DNA from: Octopus vulgaris
Taxonomy: Eukaryota
Length of the DNA stretch: 64,000 nucleotides
Reading direction: 5' to 3'
Assembly: GCA_951406725.2 (NCBI GenBank)
Contig: OX597818.1
Location: forward strand, 69,936,001-70,000,000
Positions 1 through 11,859 of the stretch are shown here, piece by piece. The notes below the pieces were generated by a model. It was not told the origin of the DNA. It ran no database searches and saw nothing but the letters and a program-made list of their open reading frames with translations. The position numbers were made by a program, and so were the translations under genes. The stretch's first letter is position 1; the number at the start of each line of letters is the position of its first letter.

Positions 1-199
1 TCATTACTGGAGATGATAACTTTAAGCAAATATGTTAGAGGTCCAGTCGAAGTGAAGAGTCAGTCCAGCAGCCCAGAAGTAGCTTTCCTCCAAAGAGTAT
101 TCTTCTGAGGGTATGATGGCATATGCATGGAATAGTCATCATGAGCTTAGCAGATGATTAAACAATAACAGCCAATGTATCCTGCCAACAAAAACGTCC

Positions 200-584
200 T
201 TCATTAACAAATAGAAAAGGAGTCATCCTTCATCCTGCTAACACTAGACCTGACACTGCACAAAAGACCAAAGATCTAGAAAAATAAGCCCAGAGAATTA
301 TGCATCACCCACTTTTATTCTCCAGACCTCACACCTACAGATTACCGTTTCTTTAGAAGTTTGCAAAATCTTTTGAGTGCATTACTTCAAGAGCAGAAGT
401 AGATTTCTTTTTTCACTTCTAAACCTAAGGAATTTTATGAACATGGCTTTAAGAACTCATTTGACAGATGGAAAGAGGTCATGGAGAAGAATGGTGACCA
501 TATTAAGGATTAAATGAATCAGATTTTCTTTTATTTTCTTTATTGAGCCTTTAAAAACAGACAGAACATTTACTACAACCAGAT
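200..584 (+). mobile_element. Mariner (Tc1/mariner) transposase C-terminal relic
   Basis: Across frameshifts it reads NRKGVILHPANTRP...YSPDLTPTDYRFFRSLQN...KPKEFYEHG...DRWKEVMEKNGDHIKD*. This matches the mariner HDNARPH and YSPDLAPxDY motifs and the C-terminus. Confidence 0.85.
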
Positions 585-729
585 AGATTTTCTATCAATG
601 AATAACTGATAGTTGTACAAACGATTTAGTTCTTATAACACTTCTCAAAGCTATGAAAAAAAACCCAATTAAATTCAGCTGATGAAGACAGAATAGTAAA
701 ACATGGATGAAAACATCCAGGAAAAAATT

Positions 730-1101
730 CCATCATCATTAAATATCCATTTCTCCATGTTTGCATGGATCGGATTGAGTTTATTTAGGCAAATGTTCTG
801 TCGTTTATGCCTTTCCTGTTGCTAACCTTCACCTGTTTCCAAGCAAGTCTATATTTCCCTTTGGCGAATTTTTTGGTCTCATTTGCTAAACCACTAAGTC
901 ACGGGGAACTTAAACCAATACTAGTGGTCAAGCAGGGACAATCACATAGACACACACACACACAAATGTGTGTGTATATCATCATCATCATCATCGTTTA
1001 ACGTCCGTTCTCCATGCTAGCATGGGTTGGACGGTTCGACCGGGGATCTGGGAAGCCAGAAGGCTGCACCAGGCTCCAGTCTGATCTGGCAGTGTTTCTA
1101 C
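730..1101 (-). mobile_element. Two RTE-type 3'-end repeats with a CORE-SINE fragment between them
   Basis: The + strand has (CAT)n-CGTTTAACGTCCGTTCTCCATGCTAGCATGGGTTGGAC at about 978-1035, the family tail that recurs more than 10 times in the window. 870-960 resembles the SINE body at 43390-43480. Confidence 0.7.
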
Positions 1102-1522
1102 ATATATATACATATATATAACAGAGCTATTAGTGAGGAATTATTGATCCAGGCAAAATACTTTATAAGCTCTTTGTTAGTACACTAGGCTAATAATATT
1201 GGGATCTCTTCAGTTTTGCTCACAGATTTTTAAAATTATTTTTTTAACTAAACAGTTTAAAACTTTGCATACTGGTGTAATTTCTCAAACTGAACACAGT
1301 TTACTTTCAACATTTTCGTGAAAATTTCGTATTTTAAAAGTTATTTCCTGTTAAAGTTGTCACGTTTTGGGAAAATTTAACTAATCAATGACTTGTATCC
1401 AGCTGAAGAAAGCTACTGTTGTTTGTGATAGTAATCAAAGAGTAACATCTTCCAGGTCATCTCCACTAAATGTCACCAATCGGTTCTATTTTATTTTTGT
1501 TTACTGCCTGTGTTGCATATTA

Positions 1523-1606
1523 CACACATATATAGATATATATACATATTTATATACATATATATATATAGAGATATATATACATATATACATACACACA
1601 CACACG

Positions 1607-1668
<62 letters not shown>

Positions 1669-1706
1669 TATATATTTCATATATATACACACACACATAT
1701 ATATAG
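1523..1706. repeat. Compound (TA)n/(CA)n microsatellite
   Basis: Seen directly in the sequence. Confidence 0.95.
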
Positions 1707-1709
1707 ATA

Positions 1710-1900
1710 AAGATAGGGGGAGAATTCACAAAAAAAACAAAAGATGAAGAAAGGTGGCATAGACAACAAACAGATGTATTAGTTTAACGCTCGGGAAGTG
1801 AAAAGGTCTTAAACATTTCAAGCCTACGCTCTTCCACAGAAAGGAACACACAAAGAAACAAGGAGAGACAATAAAGAATGTGTAGTGGCTAGCGATCTAT
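1710..1900 (-). mobile_element. Penelope-like terminal-repeat fragment with a degenerate minimal hammerhead-like motif (1808-1843)
   Basis: The minus strand reads CUUU-CUGUGGA-A-GAGC-GUAG-GCUU-GAA-AUGU-U-UAAG, the same layout as the cleaner motif at 6033-6067. It is flanked by microsatellites. Confidence 0.5.
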
Positions 1901-2608
1901 ATGTATGTGTGTGTATCAGTGGAGACTCTGGCACTCGGGTTGTTTGGGCTTAGCCTGAAAATAAAATCTTCAAGTATGTCATTTCAGCCAATATCTCTGG
2001 CTCCTTTTATTGAGCCTGGTTGAAGTTCAGTGTCTGGCAGTCCTCTTAGAGGTGCCCTTTGCCAAAAAATATAATTTGTAGCAGACGTTCTCTCAACATC
2101 ATTCACACATGCCTGACTCGGGCTCAGAAGTTACAGCCTGTGTTGACATCTATGATTGTAAAAATTAAAACTAATTCAAATTCAACATTTTCTTGAAACA
2201 ACTAATTTCAATAACGATTTAAACTCCAATCTATGAAATATTTCTGTTCTACAATATTCTTAAAGGAATGAAAAATTATCCAGCTACTCGGGCAAGTATG
2301 AATGACCCGGGTAGGTGTAAGAGACTAAGTGGCATCTGTAGTCAGATCACTGATGTTTGTTGTGCACTCCGCTGTCGTTATTTGATTGCTGTTATTCTGT
2401 GCGTCTGTGTGTGTGTAAAGATCAGTTGTGTTTTGCAGGGTTTTTTTTTTACCCTTAACTTAGAAATGGAGAAAAACATTGTGCTAGACATAAAAAATAA
2501 GCCATTTGTGGCTTGAAATAAAGCTAAAAATACGTGAAATATCTTCGAGTGTCGTATGTGAAATCTGTGATGAGCCCAAGTGACACTGATGACTTGGAGT
2601 CACATCTG

Positions 2609-2654
<46 letters not shown>

Positions 2655-3057
2655 CACACATATGTATACTATTATTATAATTATTAGAGAATATTACTTC
2701 CGAGTACTCAGGAAAAAGACATTCAAATTAGATGTACTAAAATGAAGATCTCTCAATGTTTAATTCGTACATATAAAAGTAATTTTAGAGACAGAACCAC
2801 CTTCAACTCAATCAACACTGAAAGACTTTATACCCGACCACTCCATAAAATGTTAAATATTAAATCTTATACTAACTATATCTATTCTGAATCCTGTATT
2901 TTCTGTTTATAAGACTACACGTGTTTCATGAAAGTACATTGGTATTGGTATATGAGGTATCTAGTTTCAATACTTAATTGGGTTGGCATACACCGACCCT
3001 ACAATGAAAATTCAAACCAGTGAACAAATACAGGCATTAGACAATGCCCAAACCAAT

Positions 3058-3085
<28 letters not shown>

Positions 3086-3091
<6 letters not shown>

Positions 3092-3670
3092 TTGAAATAA
3101 TATAGGATAACAAAATTTTAGAACTTTTTTTTTTGTTACCAGTGGCCTAACATGTATAAAAAGTCAATAGACAACATATTTTCCATATAAAATTAGTGTA
3201 CATTTAAACACAAAATGAGGTGACCCTTAACAGACCGCCTTACATGCTAGAAGGAACAGTCAAAACTTCCAAAACCGCATTTTGGAGAAATTTCAAAGGG
3301 AATGAAAAATAAAAACTTTTACCATGTTTTTTTACAACCACACCTAGGTTTCGAACTTTAATTAGCAAATAAAATAATTTGCTAGGCGAAGTTCTCATCA
3401 GTGGGTACTCCAAACATTAACATATCATTTAGAGACAGAATAACATGTGTCTCATCATTATATATTATAATATTTCAAATTCACTACACAAGCACAGATT
3501 CAGTCGGCAGCAAATAAAAAAATGGCGACTAACTTCAGGAATAACTAAAATCATATTCTTGGAATAATATAGGGTAACAAAATTTTAGAAATTTTTCTTG
3601 ACTGCTCATTTTATCATGTAAGGCAGCCTGTTAAGGGTCACCTCTTTTTGTGTTTAAATGTACACTAATT
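3086..3670 (-). mobile_element. Penelope-like element terminal structure (direct plus inverted partial repeats)
   Basis: Direct repeat 3086-3128 / 3556-3597, inverted repeat 3191-3263 / 3598-3670, and an internal hammerhead motif. (TA)n lies at both ends. Confidence 0.65.
3334..3408 (-). ncRNA. Type-I hammerhead ribozyme motif, probably inactivated (cleavage triplet GUG)
   Basis: The minus strand reads CCA-CUGAUGA-GAACUU..UAGCAAAU/AUUUGCUA..AAGUUC-GAA-ACCUAGGU-G-UGG. The core is intact, stem II is long, stem III is palindromic and stem I is CCA/UGG. Confidence 0.75.
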
Positions 3671-3759
3671 ATATATATTTATTTATACCAGAGTAAGCAC
3701 ATACATATGAAACGAGGTGGAGAAAATAGTACTCAAATACTGGAGGTAGAGTAATATGC

Positions 3760-3897
3760 TTTATAAATAAAGCTGCATAGACATTACAAAAGCTGTTACT
3801 CAGTTTCACGTTCTTGTTCATCAGACAGTTTTGACGAACAAGAACGTAAAACTCTGAGTAACAGTTTTTGTGATGTCTTTCCATCTTTATTAATAAA
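3760..3897. repeat. About 65-bp inverted repeat with a 6-nt spacer (PLE-type fold-back)
   Basis: 3760-3824 is the imperfect reverse complement of 3831-3897. Confidence 0.9.
3793..3828 (-). ncRNA. Minimal type-I hammerhead ribozyme motif
   Basis: The minus strand reads CUGU-CUGAUGA-AC-AAGAAC-GU-GAA-AC-UGA-GU-A-ACAG: complete core, 4-bp stem I (CUGU/ACAG) and a GUA cleavage triplet. Confidence 0.7.
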
Positions 3898-4345
3898 CTG
3901 TATATGTGTGTGTGTGTATATACAAAAGAATGGGCATTAAAAAGGATAATACAAGGAATATGTTATGATCTGTTGTTCGAATACTCCAATATACTAAGAA
4001 TATATATATATATAATAATTATTATTTGGGGGAATATATACATATACGTATAGAAGGGATAAGAGGAGTGAGCTGAGACAGTAAATGTTTACTGGATTTG
4101 TTTATAGTTGTTTCATAATCTTTTTAGCTATATGATAGATATTACATCATCTATATACATCTATACATGCAGTGGTGTATGTGTGTGTCTATGTATATAT
4201 GTATGTATCTGTATGTGTGTGTATGTATCCATATGATTCTAATGTAACAATTCAACAGATGCACACACACACACACACTTATGTGTGTGAGTGATAGAAG
4301 TTAATCATTAATATATTTGAAGATTGCTAAAACACTTAAGTTATA

Positions 4346-4401
<56 letters not shown>

Positions 4402-4729
4402 GACATTCATATACATATATACATATACATACACACACACACAATGTATATACACATACATATATTTACAGATATGTATGTAGACACACATAACTTAAAT
4501 ATTTTATCCACCTTCAAATATATTAATGATTAACTTCCATCAAATACATGCGTGTGTGTGTGTGTGTGTACCTATTGAAATTTTTCTTGGAAGATTGCAG
4601 TTTTTCAAATATCTGCTGTTTACTGTAAATGGTATAGAAATTATTAAACCTGATGGCATATTTCATATTGAAGCACATGATACAAAAATGTGTGTGTACA
4701 GTTTCACATGTACACTCTATCACATACAT

Positions 4730-4786
<57 letters not shown>

Positions 4787-5863
4787 CAAATATGTTTGTG
4801 TATTTACATGTTTGGGGGGAAAAAATGGATGAAAAACTGAAGATGCTGATGATGATGAGTTTGTGTATGTATTTATAAAGAGAGAGGAAGATAGATATAC
4901 ATAAATATATATATTTTAATATAAAATTAATTCATATGCTCCATGTGTTAAATAAACATTCTTGTACGCTTGTTGCCAAATCTCCACCATATGCTAATGA
5001 ATTCTGAATAACGAAGACTATGTTACACACACTCACACACACACACAGTGATTGATACATATTCACATGCATATATGCACACCCACACACATACACATAT
5101 GTACATACATGCTTTTTGTATATACATAACAGCTACAATTTGATTCCAAGCAATTCTATTGCCTGAATATTCTGTTAGACAGGATCAGCCCAGATGTGGC
5201 TTTTCAGCCCTGCTACAGACTTACACTCTTTTACACAGATGTGGCAATGATGGGCGCCTCCTGCAGCTGGTGTTCAGAGGGCTTACCACCCACACTGACG
5301 CATGCCTTCATTCCATTATGGAATTTTTCATTGAATACTTTTCCTTTCTCAGTTATACCCAGCCATAATATGCAACACATGATAGAGATATATTTTTTTT
5401 TAAATGAAGCTTTTTAGAATATGCAATACATAACAGAGATATTTTTTTTAAAAAGGAAGCTTTTTAGAATGAGGGAAGGTCTTGTACAGGGCCAGCTTTA
5501 CTCTCTAAATAATGTAAGCCTTTGTCCAAAAAGAACTAGTCTACATCATTGGATGCAAGTGTAGTCAAAGCTGTTACCTCAGAGTATTTCATCTTCTAAA
5601 ACAAGACCCTGGGGTCTCTCTCTCTTCAAGCTCTTGTTTGGCCTTTCAATCAACTAAGTTCATCTGTCTTTCACAGGTTCTGCATTTGTCCTGCAGGATG
5701 TCCAACAAAATCTCAACTCCTTACCAAGCAGGCTTGGAAGTGTTGCCCATTTTGTTGCCAATGGCCAGACCATGCAACAAGTTGCTCTGGGTTACAGGTT
5801 GCTGATAACACAAGGAGTGAACTGACATTTATTCATACGCACATGCATATGTATATATGCCAG

Positions 5864-5921
<58 letters not shown>

Positions 5922-5924
5922 ATA

Positions 5925-6142
5925 TAGTTAATCCAAACAAGAAAACACAAAAAAACAAAAAAACACAACAACGTGAGGACATGGAACAAATAAAGTATTA
6001 TTGGACGCTCAGGAAAGAAGGGAAGAAGGAGGGTTTAACGTTTCGAGCGGAGCTCTTCGTCGGAAACATAGGAGAAGGAAAGATCCCGAGAAGGGAAGAC
6101 AGGGGAAAAAAAATCGCCAACGGTACTCACGAGGTCACATTA
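5925..6142 (-). mobile_element. Penelope-like terminal-repeat fragment with a minimal hammerhead-like motif (6033-6067)
   Basis: The minus strand reads GUUU-CCGACGA-A-GAGC-UCC-GCUC-GAA-ACGU-U-AAAC. It abuts (TA)n, and a second partial copy lies in the opposite orientation at 59735-59815. Confidence 0.65.
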
Positions 6143-6278
6143 AAGGTGTTGGACAAACGAGTGCAAGTCAGGCATGTTGAGAAGTGGTGAATGTTTGTAT
6201 AGGTGTAAGTGGTGGCGACACAAGTGGAAAAATGGAGGTAGAAGAAGAAAGGTAAAGAAGGAAAAAGTACGAGGAAAA

Positions 6279-6309
<31 letters not shown>

Positions 6310-7934
6310 TGTATTTATGTAAATACGCATGTATATGCCATTTATTATTTTTCTTGCTTCACTTGTTTGGCAGTGGCCATGCTGGAGCCATGTTTATCAT
6401 GCTCCTCCTCATTACATTTGTTATAACAGATGCCATCAGAAATGTGCTGAACTAATTATTGGCTAATTCCAAACTTTTAACTCCTAATGCTATTTTACAC
6501 CAATTCCATCATCATCATTTAATGTCCTTATTCTGTGCTAGCATGGGTTGGAGGCTTTGACAAATATGATAATGAATGGGGTGGAGGGATGGTTGTTGTT
6601 GTTGGTGGTGTGGCAGTATTGTTATTGCCATTGTTGCTATCCTTAATCAGTCTAGATCAAATACCTTCCATCCATGGCCAACCTTCCAGACTACAGTGTC
6701 CAATTTATTCTTCACTTTTTTTTTTATTGTAAAGTGTGATCTGACATACATTTGACTGCTATATCTAGCAGATTATGTAACAATATAGAATGTCCCTTCA
6801 TCACCATCATCGTTTAATGTCTACTTTATTAGGGCCCCCATCAATCAAGGGTGACCACACACCTGTACAAGTATACACAGGCCTCATCAATATCTTTTGA
6901 GGAAGACAAATACTTGCCCATCCCTGAAAATCTCCCCTTTCTCTACAATACTAATGTCTATCCAAGAGATGGTCCACTGACTTGGACCAAAACAGTTTGT
7001 CACCAGTGACATTGCTGTTAAAACACAAACAACCAAAACAAACATCACAAGGCTATACCCTAGACCCTCCCACAGTTCTGGCAATCCACCACCTTCAATA
7101 GGTATATTTTTTTATTGTCCTCCAAAAGGGCGACAAGAAAATTTGACATTGGTGAGATTTGAACTCAGAGCACCATAACTCAGAACCAATATATGAAGAC
7201 ATTCTATCTCACAGTTTTACAATGCTGCTCTGTATTGGAGCTTTACGATCTGAAATAAAATAGACTAAAATTTTTGAAATATCTTGGGAAGGAAATATTA
7301 TAATTTAGAGAAGAAGCCAGTAAACAAGAGTCCATGGGCCAAAATTGAACAACCAACTTTATTGTGATGTTGCAGACAGGAAATTTCTAACATTATTCAA
7401 TTTATGAACAATAACACTCAATAATAATAATAATAAGAAGAAGAAGAAGAAGAAGAAGACTAGAGCCTATGTCTGACATTTGGTGCAACCTCAAATGAAT
7501 TAATGTTTTCTGTTAATAAAAATTAGTGAGATGACTTCGATTGGTGGCAATGAAAGTTTCCCCAGGTGAAATATTTGAAGCAGTAAATGGTTTCACCTTC
7601 CTAAATGAATGGAGCAACACAGACTTAATAGCATTTCATACACTGTTGCCATTTAGTTTACAGGAATAAATTGATTCTAAGAAATGAGGGAGTGTTGTTT
7701 TTTGATGAAAGTAAATAAACTGATTCCTGCTGCACCATTTATCCTGCCACCATAATTTCTTCTATTCAGCCTCACCAGAAATGTTGTTTTAATACTTCCC
7801 AACATGTTGTCTTATTCATGGCACAAACCAATTTCTCTGTTATTAAAGCTAACAGGTGAAATTCGAACATAATGTTTCCAAAATTTGCTATTTTGATAAC
7901 CTTGTAGGATCCAGGGTTATTTTTTTCTTTTTCC

Positions 7935-7968
<34 letters not shown>

Positions 7969-9249
7969 GTGTGTGTATGTGTGTGCGTGCGTGTGTGTGT
8001 GTGTGTGTGTGTTCGGTTAGGAGTGGAAGACATAAAGCCTTTCCCAATCTAACCTGCCTCTAAAAAGAGTTTACCAACTTCTTATTTAGTAGACGAAAGT
8101 CTGGATTATCCCAGTGGGTCTTCTGAATTTGAGAATATCCCTGGATATTTTAGCATCAAATCCATGGATACTAGCAAAGATAACTAAAGACGTTGGCATC
8201 AGGAAAGTCATCCGACCATAAAATGCTGCCTCAAATACTTTCGTCCAATTTATGACAATATCGAAAGCAGGCATAAAAATAATGGTGATGACTTGATGGT
8301 TATGATGATGACTACTGTGAGAAGAAAATGGGAAAGTAAATAATTTTCTGTTCCAACTTCATCTTTTGGAATATTTTTATCCATTTCCATTTTTGGTGGT
8401 ACTGTTTCCTAAAAACTGACCAAGTCATTGTCATTATTACCCCACCCCCCCCACACACACACACACACCTCCCATCCAAGGCAAGAGAGCAAAAGATTAG
8501 AGCTGACTGAACTGTCATTCACTTGGGAACCATTTGGTGGATTGGAGGAGGGGTTTGAGGGCTGGAAAAAACAGCTTGTGGTTATGTCCCAACACTTTGT
8601 GTTTGGACATTAAAAACCTGTGACAATACAAATGTCAAACTATATCAGCCTAATCAACAGAGTTTCCGTTGGATAAATATTGGTGATAGAGAGAAGGGTA
8701 TGCTTGAACGCTTGGGTAACCACTGGGGCTTCTACCCTACATTTCATTCACAAAAGCTCCTCCAACACAACAAGGTTCCATATCTTCGTTGTTTGGGTTT
8801 GGAAAGAATGGTCATTGATCATATTTGCTCTTCTCAAATAATGTTCAGTCAACAGTCTTCTTTTTCAATGTAAACTACTTCAAACTAAGAAAATTTGATA
8901 CTTTGTAATTAGCTATCCATTATCAATTAATTGATACAGGAACATTATTGTCATCAGCATTGTCATCTATTTTCCATGTTGGCATGGGTTAGGTGAGTAA
9001 GTTCTGCTCTCCTGGATGGGGTAGAGGACCACATCTCACAGGAAAGTTTCATTTGGCTTGGTTTCTATGGCTGGATGTCCTCCCTAAAACAAACCTCTCA
9101 AAAGAAAGCACTGTTTATGACTCCAACACTAGAAAAGGTTGTTATGCTTTTCCACAAGACTATAGGGGTCTCACAATTCTATTGAGTGCATTTTATGATG
9201 GCACCAACACAGGAGAGGAGTGAGAGACAAACTTAAAACATGATAATAT

Positions 9250-9430
9250 AGGCATGGCTGTAAGGTTATGAAGTTTCCTTCAAAATCACAGAGTTTTTGG
9301 TTCCACTGCATGGCATCTGGTAAAAGCGTCTTCTCCTGTAGTCCTGGGTCGACCATGGTTCTGGTAGACTGAAACTGAAACCATAAATGCATGTGTTCAT
9401 GGCTGTCTCTCCTTGTCTGGACATCACAGA
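9250..9430 (+). mobile_element. Degenerate tRNA-derived CORE-type SINE (5' half)
   Basis: GGCATGGCTGTAAGGTTATGAAG...GGTTCCACTGCATGGCA aligns by eye to the copies at 17972 and 23190. Confidence 0.6.
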
Positions 9431-9458
9431 ATATTTCAATGAGTATATCACTACTATA

Positions 9459-9782
9459 CATCATCATCATCATCATCGTTTAACGTCCACTTTCCATGCT
9501 AGTATGGGTTGGATGAATGACTGAGGGCTGGAGAACCAGATGACTGCTCCAGGCTTCAATCTTGATCTGGCAGAGTTTCTACAGCTGGATGCCCTTCCTA
9601 ACGCCAACCACTCCAAGAGTGTAGTGGGTGCTTTTACATGCCTCCAGCACAGGGCCAGTCAGGCGGTACTGGCAATGACCTCACTCGAATCTTTTACACA
9701 TGCCACCGGCACAGGTGCCAGTAAGGCGATGCTGGTAACGATCACACTCAAATGGTGTCTTTTACATGCCACCAGCACAGAA
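9459..9782 (-). mobile_element. RTE-type 3'-end repeat with internal minisatellite units of about 63 bp
   Basis: (CAT)n-CGTTTAACGTCCACTTTCCATGCTAG tail, GGATGCCCTTCCTAACGCCAACC motif and GTGCCACCGGCAC-type units. Confidence 0.8.
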
Positions 9783-10830
9783 ACAAGACAGCCGCTCTTG
9801 TGAACAATATATTTCCAATATTCTACAAAAGTTGCATGTCTTTGCCGTGGGGAAATATAAACATGCTTGGGTAAAGGTGGAGGTTGGCAACAGGAAGAGC
9901 ATCCAGCTGCAGTATATTTGCACCCATAAATTCCATGCAACTGGCCCAACTCTGGAATACTGGACATTAAAATAACGATGATGATTGCTGTTTCTTATAT
10001 TTCTAATAAGAGTAGAAGAGGAAGTGGAGCCTTTGACCTTTGTGGAACTTTGGAAACTAATGGAAAACCATCAGGTATTGTCCATTCCACAGACCTCTAC
10101 ACAGTTTCTGTCTGCTCAGTTTAGCTCAATATCAGAGACTCTGGAAGAAGACTTTGCCCCAGGTACTAAGCTGTGCCTTGGAAATGAACCTAGAATCCTT
10201 CTAATGCAAAGAGAACTTAACCACATGACCATGTACTACTACAGAAATTACATGTGGTAAATACGGGTGGGGAGGTGGGTGTATAGTAATTAGTTGTGCA
10301 ATTAAGATCTAAGTAGGGTTTATAATTAAAATCCCAGCTAATAAGGACAAAAAAAAATAAGGATCAGCCAAATGAACACCCAACAAATCAAGAATGTTAT
10401 CTGAAGTATTGATTCTAAATTCAATTATTGCTCTCTTAGTTTTCCAGGCAATGAATACCTAGAAAAGATTATTAACTACGCACCACCACCACCACCACCA
10501 CCACCTCACCAAAACAAAACAAAACAAAAAGTAGAACTACGCACCAAATATCTGAATGAACGCTACAATACAATATAGTGAGTTAGTTATTGAAAATTTC
10601 CCAAACAAATTGGTATTGACATGTGAAAGTAAAGTCTAGTTTCACTATTTCATGTATTATGAGAGGAATTGCTAAGCTGAAGTGAGAAGACATTTCACAG
10701 TTGTTTTTACAATAATCAGGTTAAATTAGACTAAATGAAGATTATTATTATTATTGTTGTTGTGGTTGTTATTTTTATTATTACTGTTATTATTTTATCC
10801 TTTTATTTATTCCTTTATTTATTGTATTTG

Positions 10831-10869
<39 letters not shown>

Positions 10870-10959
10870 CCTCTTCAGATAACAAATTATTTTAGATCAA
10901 ACAATCTCAGCAGACAGCCATAACATTAAATGCAATTAGTAAGCTAGACAGTTTTATAC

Positions 10960-11078
<119 letters not shown>

Positions 11079-11859
11079 TGTGCATGTATATATATGCATG
11101 TATGTAGCCTTTAATAAATGTACTTACTCTACATAATGTATTGAGTATTCTCTGCTTTCTTTGTAAAACCACTTGAAAATCATTATAATAATATATCATC
11201 ATTGTCATCATCATTATTGTTCTGTGTCCACTTTCCATTCTGATATGAGATGAAGAGGCCATTACAATCTGTGCCAGAGTCACTGGCCTCCAATGTGGAT
11301 CAAAAGACCACATCACACTTGTACATTTCAGTTCTGATTTCGTTTATACCCCTCCCCACCATCACCGTCATCTACCTTACAGTGTCCTCAATGTATTCTA
11401 TTGTGGTTCCAGGACCAAGAGAAGCCTCATCTCCTCAATCAGACTAATGGCTCTCCTCAGCACAGTTTCAATTTTGAGTTTCCACCAAACCCTTTACAAA
11501 ACATCCTGATAGAGGGGGGTTTTGTTCTACCCTGTAAAACTAAACTCCCCATTTAGCTTGGGTCCATTCATTCACTGAAGACAATACTGCAGAGGAGGAT
11601 GAAAGTGACTGGAATTGGGAGAACCATTATAACTGGTGGGGGTAAAGAGAGCATGTTGTATGGCAGCAGAGAGAGAGAGAGTTCTTAGGGTTAGGGGATG
11701 GTGGAGGGGAGTGATGGATAACAATGGAGGAGCACACCGGGGGTGGGGGTAAATAATGAGCAAACTCGAAGGGAAGGAATGGCAGTAGAGGCCATTGGTG
11801 ACAATCAGTGTGTTAGATCTCCCAGCCTTTCCCAACACCAGTTTTCCTGTTTGTTCCAC

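Noticed and set aside
679-705. CTGATGA matches here and TCATCAG matches at about 8951, 17811, 43972 and 50746 as further hammerheads
   Set aside because: None has a correctly placed stem II, GAAA and stem I.
1130-2560. Possible DNA-transposon remnants at 1190-1490 and 2255-2560
   Set aside because: I could not confirm paired TIRs, TSDs or transposase motifs by eye.
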